A DNA stretch of 64,000 bases from Pseudomonadota bacterium (GTDB lineage: Bacteria; Pseudomonadota; Gammaproteobacteria; Burkholderiales; REEB80), in contig JAGXAQ010000002.1 of the NCBI GenBank assembly GCA_018971485.1, positions 171,706 through 235,705 of the forward strand, read 5' to 3'. The notes beneath the pieces were generated by a model. It did no database searches, was not told where the DNA came from, and worked only from the letters and a program-made list of their open reading frames with translations. Of this stretch, positions 39,857 to 52,577 are shown piece by piece. Both the position numbers and the translations under genes were made by a program. Position 1 is the first letter of the stretch, and each line of letters opens with the position of its first letter.

Positions 39857-42118
39857 TTACGCAACAGGCTCAACCTCCTCTTCCTGGAACAGGAGCTTAA
39901 TCTTCCCAGTTCCATCAAAATCAAAAGTGACCTTACCTCCATGAACCAGACGCCCAAACAAAAGTTCATCAGCTAATGGACGCTTGAGAGTATCCTGGAT
40001 AAGCCTCGCCATCGGTCTGGCCCCCATCAGAGGATCAAACCCTTTTTTAGCCAAATGTGCTCTTAAAGCATCTGTAAAGGTGACTTCAACCTTTCGTTCA
40101 TGCAACTGGCCCTCGAGTTGCATGAGAAATTTATCAACCACTTTCAATATAACAGGATAATCCAGTGATTTAAATGAAATCATGTCATCCAGACGATTGC
40201 GGAACTCTGGGGTAAAGAGCCGTTTAATTTCTTGCATTTCATCCCCTTCTGTTTCAGAGGGAGTAAATCCCATACCTGACTTATTCAATATGTCAGCCCC
40301 AGCATTCGTTGTCATGATAAGAATAATATTTCTAAAATCTGCTTTTCTTCCATTATTGTCAGTTAAAGTGCCATGGTCCATAACCTGTAACAGGATATTA
40401 AAAATATCCGGATGTGCTTTTTCAATTTCATCCAGGAGCAAAACTGCATAAGGTTGCTTGGTAATAGCCTCCGTCAACAATCCACCCTGATCAAAACCCA
40501 CATAACCAGGCGGAGCGCCAATCAGCCTGGATACAGCATGACGCTCCATATATTCAGACATGTCAAACCTGATAAGTTCAATACCTAATGTATAAGCCAA
40601 CTGACGTGCCACCTCAGTTTTTCCAACCCCGGTAGGACCAGAAAACAGAAAAGCACCAATTGGCTTTGAAGGCACACCCAACCCGGACCTGGACATTTTA
40701 ATAGCTGAAGCCAAAGCATCAATTGCCCTGTCTTGCCCAAACACAACAGATTTCAAATCACGATCCAGGGTCTTGAGCGCTGCCCGATCATCACTTGAAA
40801 TATTCTTGGGGGGGATTCTCGCAATTTTTCCAATGATTTCTTCAATCTCTCGGTTGGTAATCGTTTTCTTCTGTCGCGATTTAGGTAAAATGCGTTGCGC
40901 AGCTCCTGCTTCATCAATCACATCAATAGCCTTATCAGGTAAATGACGATCATTGATATACCGCACTGAAAGTTCTGCTGCAGTACTTAAAGCCGCAGCC
41001 GTGTACTTGACACCATGATGGGCTTCAAAACGCGATTTCAATCCGCGGAGAATTTCAATCGTTTCCTGAATAGAAGGTTCAGACACATCAATTTTCTGGA
41101 ATCGTCTTGATAGGGCATGATCTTTTTCAAAAACTCCACGGTATTCCTGGTACGTCGTCGCACCGATACATTTAAGCAGGCCCGAACTTAACGCAGGTTT
41201 CAATAAATTTGAGGCATCTAATGTACCACCAGAAGCAGCACCAGCCCCAATCAACGTATGGATTTCATCAATGAATAAGATGGCATTTGGATTATCAGTC
41301 AAATGTTTTAGCACTGCTTTCAGGCGTTGCTCAAAATCCCCACGATATTTTGTTCCTGCAAGTAAAGCTCCCATATCCAGAGCAAAAACCGTGCTTTCCA
41401 AAAGCAATTCAGGAACCTGGCCTTCAACAATCCGACGTGCCAGCCCTTCTGCTATAGCAGTTTTTCCCACTCCTGCCTCTCCAACCAAAAGGGGGTTATT
41501 CTTGCGTCGCCGACACAACGTCTGAATCACACGCTCCACCTCTTGATCCCGACCAATAAGTGGATCAATTTTCCCGGCTAAAGCCTGGGCATTCAAATTC
41601 AATGTATAATTTTCAAGGGCTGTCGCCGGAGGCTGTTCAGCATCAATTTCTTGTTCCATTTCCTGGCGTGGAACGGCGTGATCCGTTACCTTACTGATCC
41701 CATGGGTAATATAATTAACCACATCCAAACGAGACACACCTTGTTGATGAAGAAAATAAACAGCATGTGAATCTTTCTCACCAAAAATTGCAGCCAGGAC
41801 ATTTGCCCCTGTTACTTCTTTCTTGCCTGAAGACTGCACATGTAGAATCGCTCTTTGAATGACACGCTGAAATCCAAGCGTGGGCTGGGTATCCACCTCA
41901 TCTGTCCCAGACACAATGGGTGTATGTTCAGTAACAAAATCTGCAAGGGCTTTACGTAAATCCTCAATCTTGACAGCACACGCTCGCAGCACTTGTGCAG
42001 CAGATGGATTGTCCAGCAAAGCTAATAGCAGATGCTCTACGGAGATAAATTCATGGCGTTTTTGACGCGCATCAATAAATGCCATATGTAACGAAACTTC
42101 CAGTTCCTGCGCAATCAT
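39857..42118 (-). CDS. clpA: ATP-dependent Clp protease ATP-binding subunit ClpA
   Basis: 753 aa with two AAA+ modules (GEAGVGKT and GPTGVGKT) and an N-terminal Clp_N repeat. Confidence 0.95.
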   Translation of the reverse strand: MIAQELEVSLHMAFIDARQKRHEFISVEHLLLALLDNPSAAQVLRACAVKIEDLRKALADFVTEHTPIVSGTDEVDTQPTLGFQRVIQRAILHVQSSGKKEVTGANVLAAIFGEKDSHAVYFLHQQGVSRLDVVNYITHGISKVTDHAVPRQEMEQEIDAEQPPATALENYTLNLNAQALAGKIDPLIGRDQEVERVIQTLCRRRKNNPLLVGEAGVGKTAIAEGLARRIVEGQVPELLLESTVFALDMGALLAGTKYRGDFEQRLKAVLKHLTDNPNAILFIDEIHTLIGAGAASGGTLDASNLLKPALSSGLLKCIGATTYQEYRGVFEKDHALSRRFQKIDVSEPSIQETIEILRGLKSRFEAHHGVKYTAAALSTAAELSVRYINDRHLPDKAIDVIDEAGAAQRILPKSRQKKTITNREIEEIIGKIARIPPKNISSDDRAALKTLDRDLKSVVFGQDRAIDALASAIKMSRSGLGVPSKPIGAFLFSGPTGVGKTEVARQLAYTLGIELIRFDMSEYMERHAVSRLIGAPPGYVGFDQGGLLTEAITKQPYAVLLLDEIEKAHPDIFNILLQVMDHGTLTDNNGRKADFRNIILIMTTNAGADILNKSGMGFTPSETEGDEMQEIKRLFTPEFRNRLDDMISFKSLDYPVILKVVDKFLMQLEGQLHERKVEVTFTDALRAHLAKKGFDPLMGARPMARLIQDTLKRPLADELLFGRLVHGGKVTFDFDGTGKIKLLFQEEEVEPVA

Positions 42119-42427
42119 TTAATTCTCCTCCATCGTGCACTGCAATGGGTGCTGGTGCTGTCGTGCATATGAAACCACCTGTTCAACCTTTGCTGTTGCA
42201 ATATCCTTGGGATAGACGCCGCACACTCCCATACCCTCGCGATGCACCTTAAGCATAATCTGTGTCGCCTGTTCCCGCGATTTAGCAAAAAAACGTTGCA
42301 GTACAGCTACGACAAACTCCATCGGCGTATAGTCGTCATTCAACAAAACTACTTGATACAGGGGCGGCGGCTTAACTTTGCTTTCGCGAACCGCCAGCAA
42401 TGTATCTTCTTGATGCTGGGTCGCCAT
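42119..42427 (-). CDS. clpS: ATP-dependent Clp protease adaptor ClpS
   Basis: 102 aa with [18 protein letters not shown]. Immediately upstream of clpA. Confidence 0.9.
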   Translation of the reverse strand: MATQHQEDTLLAVRESKVKPPPLYQVVLLNDDYTPMEFVVAVLQRFFAKSREQATQIMLKVHREGMGVCGVYPKDIATAKVEQVVSYARQHQHPLQCTMEEN

Positions 42428-42673
42428 GACATTCCTTACTCTTCAGATACTATTTTGACGCTGTTACTGAAATTTTCAAGTCCCAAATTACTATAGATTC
42501 AGATGGTTTAAAATTTCTTGACTTCTTTATGCATTAGAAGTAAAAAGCTCGAAGGGAGTTGATCTACCCCAGCATTAACTATAACAATATAACTAATTAT
42601 ATGCTGTTTTGAGAACTGACGCCCACAAACAGTAACCGGGCCTGGCCCGCAATTTGTCTTTTAAGGAAGTAAT

Positions 42674-42880
42674 ATGGCAACAGGTACAGTAAAATGGTTT
42701 AATGATGCCAAGGGTTACGGCTTCATTACACCAGATGATGGCAGCGATGATTTATTTGCGCATTTCTCAGCTATTAATATGGCTGGATTCAAGACTCTCA
42801 AGGAAGGCCAGAAAGTCACATTCGATGTCACGCAGGGGCCCAAGGGTAAGCAAGCCTCAAATATCCAAGCCCAGATATAA
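42674..42880 (+). CDS. cold-shock protein, CspA family
   Basis: [32 protein letters not shown], 68 aa. Confidence 0.95.
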   Translation: MATGTVKWFNDAKGYGFITPDDGSDDLFAHFSAINMAGFKTLKEGQKVTFDVTQGPKGKQASNIQAQI

Positions 42881-43018
42881 AAAGGGGAAACAAAGTTGGC
42901 TCCGGTTTATCGGGGAAGTTATAAATTTCGCAGATTCTATCAGATAAATCTCCATAAACTATTTAAAGTTATGTGAATTTTGATTACTGCGAGTAACACA
43001 TTAAGGAAGAACGAGATT

Positions 43019-43222
43019 ATGGCAACTGGAATTGTTAAATGGTTTAACGACGCAAAAGGGTTTGGCTTTATTACACCTGACGATGGCGGGGACGATCTTT
43101 TCGCCCACTTTTCAGCCATTAACATGAATGGCTTTAAAACCCTAAAAGAAGGACAGCGTGTCGCTTTTGAGGTGACACAAGGGCCAAAGGGGAAACAGGC
43201 TTCAAATATCGTTTCGGCCTAA
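43019..43222 (+). CDS. cold-shock protein, CspA family (tandem paralog)
   Basis: [34 protein letters not shown]. The ATG at 43019 follows an AAGGA RBS. 67 aa. Confidence 0.95.
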   Translation: MATGIVKWFNDAKGFGFITPDDGGDDLFAHFSAINMNGFKTLKEGQRVAFEVTQGPKGKQASNIVSA

Positions 43223-43296
43223 TCTTCCCGATACCGATTTATTCTCTTTTTTTCATGTCCCGCTAGTCATCCGATCCTGGGAACTAGCGGGCATGG

Positions 43297-43316
43297 CAGG
43301 TTTAAAACCTGTTTTT
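43297..43316 (+). terminator. small hairpin plus T5 downstream of the second csp gene
   Basis: CAGGTTTAAAACCTG followed by TTTTT. It is preceded by a 9-bp perfect inverted repeat, CCCGCTAGT (43259-43267) / ACTAGCGGG (43283-43291). Confidence 0.45.
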
Positions 43317-43337
43317 AGCTTCAATATACTTGTCTGA

Positions 43338-44576
43338 TCAGGCCATAAGACGAATAATTGCATCACCAAAACCTGAACTGCTCACTTCAGTCGCATCAGG
43401 CATCAATCTTGCGAAATCATAGGTTACAATCTTCTCGCTAATTGCACGGCGCATACCCTGAATGATGCTTTGCTCTGCCTCGACCCAACCCATATGTCGC
43501 AACATCATGGCAGCAGAAAGTATTATGGAGCCAGGATTCACCTTGTTCTTACCGGCATGTTTTGGCGCTGTGCCATGAGTAGCCTCAAATATCGCCACTG
43601 TATCAGATAAATTAGCACCTGGAGCAATGCCTATACCGCCCACCTGGGCTGCCAGAGCATCAGAAAGATAATCCCCATTAAGATTAAGCGTAGCAATCAC
43701 ATCATAATCCTCTGGCCTAAGAATAATCTGCTGCAAGAAAGCATCAGCTATCACATCCTTAATTCGCAACCCATTAGGTAAAATACAGGAACCATCTTCT
43801 TGCATCCGGCCAGAAAACTCGTTCACACAAAGTTCATACCCCCAGGTTTTAAATCCCCCCTCGGTGAACTTCATGATATTTCCCTTATGAACCAACGTTA
43901 CCGATTTTCTCCCATTCTCAATTGCATAACGGACTGCCTTACGAATAAGCCTTTGACTCCCTTCCCGTGAAACGGGCTTAATCCCTATTGCAGATGTTTC
44001 TGGAAAACGAATACTGGTTACGCCCATTTCCTGCTGCAAAAAAGCAAGCACTTTCTTAACCTCTGGGGTACCAGACGCCCATTCGATTCCCGCATAGATA
44101 TCTTCCGAATTTTCCCGAAAAATCAACATATTGGTCTTCTCAGGCTCTTTTAAGGGACTAGGCACACCCTTAAAATATTCTATCGGCCGCAAGCAAACAT
44201 ATAAATCAAGCTGTTGTCTTAGAGCAACATTTAACGAGCGCATCCCCCCACCTACCGGGGTCGTCAATGGCCCCTTAATGGATACCACATAATCTTTTAC
44301 CGCCTGTATCGTCTCTTCTGGCAACCAGGTATTATGACCATAAAGCTTATTAGCCTTCTCACCTGCATAAATCTCCATCCAGTGGATCTGTCGCTTGGTG
44401 CCATAAACCAGATGAACAGCATGGTCAACCACCTGTCGCATAACAGGTGTAATATCTATACCCGTGCCGTCGCCTTCAATAAATGGAATAATGGGTTCAT
44501 CAGGCACAATCAGACTGCTATCCTGGGCCACGCCAATTTTATCTCCCCTGGAGGGCACCTTGATATATTCAAACAT
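43338..44576 (-). CDS. icd: NADP-dependent isocitrate dehydrogenase
   Basis: 412 aa with [22 protein letters not shown] and [10 protein letters not shown] motifs. Confidence 0.9.
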   Translation of the reverse strand: MFEYIKVPSRGDKIGVAQDSSLIVPDEPIIPFIEGDGTGIDITPVMRQVVDHAVHLVYGTKRQIHWMEIYAGEKANKLYGHNTWLPEETIQAVKDYVVSIKGPLTTPVGGGMRSLNVALRQQLDLYVCLRPIEYFKGVPSPLKEPEKTNMLIFRENSEDIYAGIEWASGTPEVKKVLAFLQQEMGVTSIRFPETSAIGIKPVSREGSQRLIRKAVRYAIENGRKSVTLVHKGNIMKFTEGGFKTWGYELCVNEFSGRMQEDGSCILPNGLRIKDVIADAFLQQIILRPEDYDVIATLNLNGDYLSDALAAQVGGIGIAPGANLSDTVAIFEATHGTAPKHAGKNKVNPGSIILSAAMMLRHMGWVEAEQSIIQGMRRAISEKIVTYDFARLMPDATEVSSSGFGDAIIRLMA

Positions 44577-44637
44577 AACGAACTCTCCTTAATCCTACAA
44601 CCTTGCCAAATTTTGTCTAATTATAGACAATCAAGGC

Positions 44638-45177
44638 ATGACAACACTGATTCTTTTTAACAAGCCTTATGGCGTCGTCTGCCAGTTCAGTCCTCATGAA
44701 AAACACCCTACACTCAAGAATTTTATCCCGATTACGCATGTCTATCCTGCAGGAAGGCTCGACACTGACAGCGAAGGATTACTGCTTCTGACAGACAATG
44801 GATCCTTGCAGTATAAGCTTAGCCATCCAGATCATCATCTTCCAAAAACGTACTGGGTACAAGTGGAAGGAGAACCTTCAGATAAAGCAATTAAAGAACT
44901 CAGAACTGGTGTTAACCTTGGCCCTTACACAACCCGTCCTGCACTTGTCAAACAAATTGACCCACCAGAGATTCCCTCCAGAAATCCTCCAGTCAGATAT
45001 CGAAAATCCATCCCAACAAACTGGCTTGAGATCATTCTTAATGAGGGGAAAAACAGGCAAATCAGACATATGACCGCAAAAGTTGGTTATCCAACTCTCA
45101 GGCTTATCCGCTATAGCATAGGAAATTATAACATAAGCTCCCTTAACTTCGGACAATGGAGCATTCAGGATAATTAA
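44638..45177 (+). CDS. rluE: 23S rRNA pseudouridine synthase RluE (RsuA family)
   Basis: 179 aa with the AGRLDTDSEGLLLLTDNG catalytic Asp motif. No S4 domain, which matches RluE. Confidence 0.8.
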   Translation: MTTLILFNKPYGVVCQFSPHEKHPTLKNFIPITHVYPAGRLDTDSEGLLLLTDNGSLQYKLSHPDHHLPKTYWVQVEGEPSDKAIKELRTGVNLGPYTTRPALVKQIDPPEIPSRNPPVRYRKSIPTNWLEIILNEGKNRQIRHMTAKVGYPTLRLIRYSIGNYNISSLNFGQWSIQDN

Positions 45178-45206
45178 TTCTTTTTTAGAGATACCCCTGG
45201 TGTCTT

Positions 45207-45878
45207 TTATTCAAGCTTGCCGCACAGGAGTTCCTTCATTTGCATTCTAAACTGATTTGCTCCCCCTCGAGCTGGATGACGCACAACTTTACACTCCAAC
45301 CCCATGTCCGCCAGAAGGCTTTGGGCTTTCAAACCTACTGCTACTAACCTTACATCATCAAAAAGATCAAGGAACTGAAGAAACAAGGGCTTTATCATAT
45401 TTAACTCATTCCGCGTGGGAGGCCGATTAGTTAAGCTTTTCTTCTCTAAATGAGGATGCCATGGGAAAGCATTCCACAATACAACTGTATAGGGATCCAC
45501 ACCTGAATGAATCATCATGTCCCACACAATCGATGCCGTAGGTTCATTAAATCCACCAGCCTTGATACTGGTTTGAACGGGGTTCCCTGCAAACACGCTG
45601 GAAGGCGAAATGTTTTCTTTTCCCCCCAGAATTATCCTCTCGCTAGTCATGGCGATTCCCGTAAATTTCCCTCCCTGATACGACAAGCCTTCTGCAACCA
45701 GAATTAAATTAGCCTTACCTATACGTTGGGCCAGATAAGTTTTAAGCTGCTCCTGACGTACAAGACTAGATCCTGGTTTGTCCCATACCGGATCAACATC
45801 ATGCCAAGGATTAAAAACCTGTTCATTACCAGGCCAACTGCTTAAGTTTTCTATGAACGCCTCAAGTTTTTCACTCAT
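45207..45878 (-). CDS. uracil-DNA glycosylase superfamily protein
   Basis: 223 aa with a UDG-like layout: FNPW, LILVAEGLSYQGG.FTG, and a late HPARGG. Subfamily not assigned. Confidence 0.5.
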   Translation of the reverse strand: MSEKLEAFIENLSSWPGNEQVFNPWHDVDPVWDKPGSSLVRQEQLKTYLAQRIGKANLILVAEGLSYQGGKFTGIAMTSERIILGGKENISPSSVFAGNPVQTSIKAGGFNEPTASIVWDMMIHSGVDPYTVVLWNAFPWHPHLEKKSLTNRPPTRNELNMIKPLFLQFLDLFDDVRLVAVGLKAQSLLADMGLECKVVRHPARGGANQFRMQMKELLCGKLE

Positions 45879-45991
45879 ACCTCTATCCTACCGATCAACA
45901 TGATAAAATAAGCGCAACTAGCGTAGTCCAAGTTTAGCAGAGACCTTTTTGACCTGCGACACGGCAAATCGCACGGATCTATGGAGAAAAC

Positions 45992-46453
45992 ATGGTTTGG
46001 AATCCAAATATAACTGTTGCAGCCATTATTGAAGAAAAAGGACGTTTTCTCCTCGTAGAAGAAAAGGTTGATGGCGAACTGGTTCTCAATCAACCAGCAG
46101 GACATCTTGAACGTGGCGAGAGCCTAACGCAAGCAGTCATACGCGAAACCCGTGAAGAGGCAGCCTGCATATTTGTTCCCGAATCCTTAATCGGTATCTA
46201 CCATTGGCAACATCCAGCTAAACCCATAACCTATATCCGCTTTGCCTTTTCAGGAACAGTCCAAGAATACCTGGCAGACCAGCCTCTTGATCAAGGAATC
46301 ACTCGGACTGTCTGGATGAATATCAGCGAAATTCGGGCTAATCGCATTCATCACCGCAGCCCGATGCTACTCGCAAATATTGAAGATTACCTGGCTGGTC
46401 AGATCCATAATCTGGATCTGATACACACTCTCTTCATCTCGGAAAATAAATAA
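45992..46453 (+). CDS. NUDIX hydrolase
   Basis: Nudix box [21 protein letters not shown]. Immediately upstream of mnmA, a common synteny. Confidence 0.8.
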   Translation: MVWNPNITVAAIIEEKGRFLLVEEKVDGELVLNQPAGHLERGESLTQAVIRETREEAACIFVPESLIGIYHWQHPAKPITYIRFAFSGTVQEYLADQPLDQGITRTVWMNISEIRANRIHHRSPMLLANIEDYLAGQIHNLDLIHTLFISENK

Positions 46454-47502
46454 TGGCAAGAGTAATTGTTGGCATGTCAGGTGGAGTTGACTCTTCCGTT
46501 GCAGCCATGCTGCTCAAAGAACAAGGCCATGAGGTCATTGGCCTTTTTATGAGAAACTGGGAAGATGATGATGGATTCTGTCCTGCTAAACAGGACTTTC
46601 TGGACGTTGCCGCTGTAACTGATAAATTGGGTATTGATCTGGAAGCTGTTGATTTCAGTTCCGAATACAAAGAAAGGGTGTTCAGCTATTTTTTAACTGA
46701 ATATAACGCTGGCCGCACACCAAACCCAGATATCCTGTGTAATTCAGAAATCAAGTTCAAGGCTTTTCTTGATCATGCGTTAAAACTGGGCGCAGATTTT
46801 ATCGCTACTGGTCACTATGCAAGAATTCAATACCACGATGGCCGTCCATTCCTGTGCAAAGCTTATGACAAAAACAAAGACCAAAGCTACTTTCTCTATC
46901 GGCTAAAAGAATGGCAGCTTGAAAAAACCATATTCCCCCTGGGTGAACTCAACAAACCTACTGTTCGTGATCTTGCCCGAACAGCGGGTCTCATCGTTCA
47001 CGACAAAAAAGATTCAACAGGTATCTGCTTTATTGGAGAACGCCCTTTCCGCGCTTTTCTTTCCCAATATCTCAAGGGAACACCAGGTCCTATTAAAACC
47101 GCGGAAGGAAAAACTATAGGAGAACATGTGGGGCTTATGTTTTACACAATTGGGCAAAGGCAAGGGCTTGGCATCGGAGGGCCGGGCGCACCCTGGTTTG
47201 TTGCTGGGAAAGATCTTAAAAATAACACCCTGACGGTTGTTCAGGGGCGAGACCACCCACTACTCAAAACTCTATCTGCATGGGCATCTGATCTTAGTTT
47301 TATCAATAATAGCCCTCTGCCTGAGTATCAAATTAGTGCCAAAACACGCTACAGACAAACCGACGCTTCCTGCCTTATCCAGAAGATTCAGGACACACAG
47401 GTTGAAGTTCGCTTTAATGTTCCTCAGTGGGCCGTTACACCGGGACAATCATTAGTATTATATGATCGTGAGGTTTGTCTTGGTGGAGGCATCCTCGTCT
47501 AA
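46453..47502 (+). CDS. mnmA: tRNA 2-thiouridine(34) synthase
   Basis: [14 protein letters not shown]-loop, NPDILCN and DQSYFL motifs. Confidence 0.95.
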   Translation: MARVIVGMSGGVDSSVAAMLLKEQGHEVIGLFMRNWEDDDGFCPAKQDFLDVAAVTDKLGIDLEAVDFSSEYKERVFSYFLTEYNAGRTPNPDILCNSEIKFKAFLDHALKLGADFIATGHYARIQYHDGRPFLCKAYDKNKDQSYFLYRLKEWQLEKTIFPLGELNKPTVRDLARTAGLIVHDKKDSTGICFIGERPFRAFLSQYLKGTPGPIKTAEGKTIGEHVGLMFYTIGQRQGLGIGGPGAPWFVAGKDLKNNTLTVVQGRDHPLLKTLSAWASDLSFINNSPLPEYQISAKTRYRQTDASCLIQKIQDTQVEVRFNVPQWAVTPGQSLVLYDREVCLGGGILV

Positions 47503-47721
47503 CATTCAAAATCCTTAACAAAAAACAGCTCGCTATATTTCTAAAAGCAATATTTATTATTGCCGTAAACCAATCTCCTATAAACTCGAATTTTTTCGAA
47601 CCTTAAAGGAGCGCCTTAACCTCATTTACCTTTATTTTTCAGACAGCTGATTCAAAAAATAATCAGAACACGCCCTTGGTTCAATCATGCCTGCCCAGAG
47701 ACTCTAAATATTACTCCCCGT

Positions 47722-50286
47722 TTACTTCGGATTAGAAAAAGCAACCCCTTTTCTGGACCGTGACTGATACTGGCTCATCTGATCAAAATTAAGATAACGG
47801 TAAATATTGTCCGCCAAAGGTGCAATACGGTTCGAAACCTTTTCCAGGTATTCATCTGGAGTCGGTATTCTTCCTAACTGTGCACACACTGCTGCCAATT
47901 CGGCAGAACCAAGATAAACCCTCGCCCCACGACCCATACGATTGTCGAAGTTTCTTGTACTTGTAGAAAACACTGTAGCTTGATCAAGAACACGGGCCTG
48001 ATTACCCATGCATAATGAACATCCAGGAACTTCCGTACGGGCTCCAATCCGCCCAAGCACTCCGTAAACCCCTTCTTCACGTAACTGGGCTTCATCCATT
48101 CTTGTAGGAGGGGCTACCCATAACCTGGTCGGCAGGATTCCAGAATCCTCAAGAATTTTGGATGCGGCCCGATAATGGCCAATATTCGTCATGCAGCTGC
48201 CTATAAACACTTCCTGAACAGGATCATTGGCAACCTGTGATAACGGACGAACATCATCAGGATCATTTGGACAGGCTACAAGGGGTTCCTTAATCTTATC
48301 CAAATCAATCTCAAGTTGATAAGCATACTCAGCATCTTCATCAGCCTCCAGCAATTCAGGCGTTTCTAGCCACGACTGCATGGCAGAAATTCGTCGTTCG
48401 AGAGTCCGTCTATCTTGATATCCCTGTTCAACCAGGTACTCAAGCAACGCAACATTCGAATTCAGATACTCAATCACAGGTTCTTTGGAAAGCTTTACCG
48501 TACAGCCATTCGCAGACCGTTCCGCAGAGGCATCAGCAAACTCAAAAGCTTGTTCAATTTTAAGATCCGGCAAACCTTCAATTTCCATAATCCGGCCCGA
48601 GAAAACATTTTTTTTCCCCTGCTTGCCTACAGTCAACATGCCAGCCTGAATTGCAGCATAGGGAATGGCATTCACCAAATCCCGCAATGTGATTCCAGGT
48701 TGCATTGTTCCTTTAAAACGCACTAAAACAGATTCTGGCATATCCAGAGGCATCACACCCAAAGCTGCTGCAAAAGCGACAAGACCCGAGCCAGCTGGAA
48801 AGGATATACCGATTGGAAAACGGGTATGCGAATCTCCTCCAGTTCCAACTGTATCGGGTAATAACATACGATTTAACCAAGAATGAATGATTCCATCCCC
48901 AGGTTTGAGTACGACCCCGCCACGAGTAAACATAAATTCTGGCAGCTCATGCTGCAGCTGAATATCAATCGGTTTTGGGTAAGCTGCAGTATGACAAAAG
49001 CTTTGCATAACCAGATCAGCAGAAAATCCCAAACAGGCAAGTTCCTTCAATTCATCCCGGGTCATCGCACCCGTTGTGTCCTGAGAACCTACAGTCGTGA
49101 TTTTAGGTTCACAATACGTCCCAGGTCTGACGCCAGTTACCCCACAGGCACGCCCTACCATTTTCTGTGCAAGTGTAAACCCCGTCTTGTTCTCCTGGCC
49201 AGGAAGAGCCTCTATAAAAAGAGAGGGGGTAACCATATCCAGTGCTTTCCGGGCCTTAGCCGTCAGTTCACGACCAATAATAAGCGGAATTCGTCCTCCA
49301 GCACGCACTTCATCCGGCAAAGTAGCAGGAACCATTTTAAACTGGCTTAGCAACTGGCCCCCCGGGGTAGTCACTTCACCCTTATAGGGATGAATCAGGA
49401 TTTCATCTCCCGAGTTCAGGCCACTTACATCACATTCAATTGGAAAAGCTCCTGAATCTTCAGCAGTGTTAAAAAATATCGGGGCAATCTTTCCCCCTAA
49501 AATTATCCCGCCAGTTCTCTTGTTTGGGATACAGGGCATATCGTGACCCATATGCCACTGCAGCGAGTTAATTGCAGATTTTCGAGAAGAGCCTGTCCCC
49601 ACCACATCACCTGCATAGGCCAACCGATATCCCTTTTCCCTCAATTTAGAAAGCTCAACCAGAACATCAGGAAATTTTGCAGTCAACATATGCTGGGCAT
49701 GAAGTGGAATATCAGGGCGGCTCCACGCTTCTTGCGCAGGTGAAAGATCATCTGTATTGGTTTCGCCTGAAACCTTAAACACAACAGCATGAATCACTGA
49801 TTCCAATTTAGGTCTACGTAAAAACCATTCGGCTTCTGCCCAGGATTGCATCAGCCTTCGTGCAGCTTGATTGCCTGCACGCATCTTTTCTTCGACATCA
49901 TGAAACGCATCAAATACCAGGATAATATTAGATAAGGCAGCAACAGCTGCATCAGCGGCTTCTGAATCCAGCAAATCCACAAGAACAGAAACATTATATC
50001 CCCCCAACATAGTCCCAAGTAATTCTATGGCTTCAACAGGGGTAAGCAGTGAACTGTCAATCTGTTTTTTGGCCACATCCGTCAAAAAAGCTGCCTTAAC
50101 ATAAGCAGATTGATCCACTCCTGCCGGAATCCTGTTTTTAAGCAGATCCAACAGGAATTTTTCTTCCCCCGGGGGAGGAGATTTAATTAATTCAATCAGC
50201 TGAGCGGTCTGCGTAGCATTCAGAGGTAAAGGGGGTAGCCCCATCTCCTGACGTATTGCTGCCTCTTTGCGATATTCTTCTAGCAT
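47722..50286 (-). CDS. acnB: bifunctional aconitate hydratase 2 / 2-methylisocitrate dehydratase
   Basis: MLEEYRKEAA...PPLPLNA N-terminus matches E. coli AcnB. The ATG is at 50286; the ORF-track start at 50307 is a TTG. About 854 aa. Confidence 0.95.
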   Translation of the reverse strand: MLEEYRKEAAIRQEMGLPPLPLNATQTAQLIELIKSPPPGEEKFLLDLLKNRIPAGVDQSAYVKAAFLTDVAKKQIDSSLLTPVEAIELLGTMLGGYNVSVLVDLLDSEAADAAVAALSNIILVFDAFHDVEEKMRAGNQAARRLMQSWAEAEWFLRRPKLESVIHAVVFKVSGETNTDDLSPAQEAWSRPDIPLHAQHMLTAKFPDVLVELSKLREKGYRLAYAGDVVGTGSSRKSAINSLQWHMGHDMPCIPNKRTGGIILGGKIAPIFFNTAEDSGAFPIECDVSGLNSGDEILIHPYKGEVTTPGGQLLSQFKMVPATLPDEVRAGGRIPLIIGRELTAKARKALDMVTPSLFIEALPGQENKTGFTLAQKMVGRACGVTGVRPGTYCEPKITTVGSQDTTGAMTRDELKELACLGFSADLVMQSFCHTAAYPKPIDIQLQHELPEFMFTRGGVVLKPGDGIIHSWLNRMLLPDTVGTGGDSHTRFPIGISFPAGSGLVAFAAALGVMPLDMPESVLVRFKGTMQPGITLRDLVNAIPYAAIQAGMLTVGKQGKKNVFSGRIMEIEGLPDLKIEQAFEFADASAERSANGCTVKLSKEPVIEYLNSNVALLEYLVEQGYQDRRTLERRISAMQSWLETPELLEADEDAEYAYQLEIDLDKIKEPLVACPNDPDDVRPLSQVANDPVQEVFIGSCMTNIGHYRAASKILEDSGILPTRLWVAPPTRMDEAQLREEGVYGVLGRIGARTEVPGCSLCMGNQARVLDQATVFSTSTRNFDNRMGRGARVYLGSAELAAVCAQLGRIPTPDEYLEKVSNRIAPLADNIYRYLNFDQMSQYQSRSRKGVAFSNPK

Positions 50287-50366
50287 GCCTGGGTATCTTC
50301 CCTTCAATTAATTTTAGATGGATGATGAAACAATTATACTCGAACTCCTGAATGCAAAGGATAGAA

Positions 50367-51119
50367 ATGAATTTTCCTGCAGTTGACTTTAGTGGAATCT
50401 CACCAGCCATGGCAATTGAACAACAAAAAAAACTGGCACAGAAGATCCATTTAATCGATAAACAACCTTCACCCCGATATATCGCCGGAATCGATGTTGG
50501 TTTTGAACAGAAAGGACAGATAACACGTGCAGCTGTTGCACTCCTTTCCTTCCCGGAACTGTCGCTTATCGACTTTGCAGTGGCCAGACGCCCTACCCAG
50601 TTCCCCTATATTCCAGGACTACTCTCTTTTCGAGAGCTACCCGCCATTCTCGATGCAATGAACCTGCTTGCCTTACTTCCTGATCTACTGATGATAGATG
50701 GCCATGGGATAGCCCACCCCAGACGGTTTGGTCTAGCCTGTCATATTGCACTTATAACCAGCCTACCCTCAATCGGAGTAGGTAAAAGCAGACTCATTGG
50801 TACGCATGAATTAATATCAGATAAGAACACGAATCAAAATCTGATTCATCATGGGGAAATCATTGGCAAAGTCATCCAAAGCAGAATCAAGGCACGCCCT
50901 ATCTATATTTCCCCAGGTAATAATATCAGCCTGGATCACTCAGTTGAACTGGTTCTTGCGAGTCTGAAAGGTTATCGCCTTCCCGAACCCATTCGCTGGG
51001 CTCATCGTATTGCATCAGATCCAAAAAACAAGCTTCTTCGAGCATTATCTCAGGAGAAAAATTTAATTGAACGCGTGCGCAACCATGTAGAGCGTCAGAA
51101 TCCTGACGAAATATGTTAG
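50367..51119 (+). CDS. nfi: endonuclease V
   Basis: IAGIDVGF, YIPGLLSFRE, DGHGIAHPRRFGLA and GVGKS motifs. The ATG at 50367 follows an AAGGA RBS. Confidence 0.85.
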   Translation: MNFPAVDFSGISPAMAIEQQKKLAQKIHLIDKQPSPRYIAGIDVGFEQKGQITRAAVALLSFPELSLIDFAVARRPTQFPYIPGLLSFRELPAILDAMNLLALLPDLLMIDGHGIAHPRRFGLACHIALITSLPSIGVGKSRLIGTHELISDKNTNQNLIHHGEIIGKVIQSRIKARPIYISPGNNISLDHSVELVLASLKGYRLPEPIRWAHRIASDPKNKLLRALSQEKNLIERVRNHVERQNPDEIC

Positions 51120-51137
51120 TATTTCTAGTTAAATTAA

Positions 51138-52571
<1,434 letters not shown>

Positions 52572-52577
52572 CAATTT

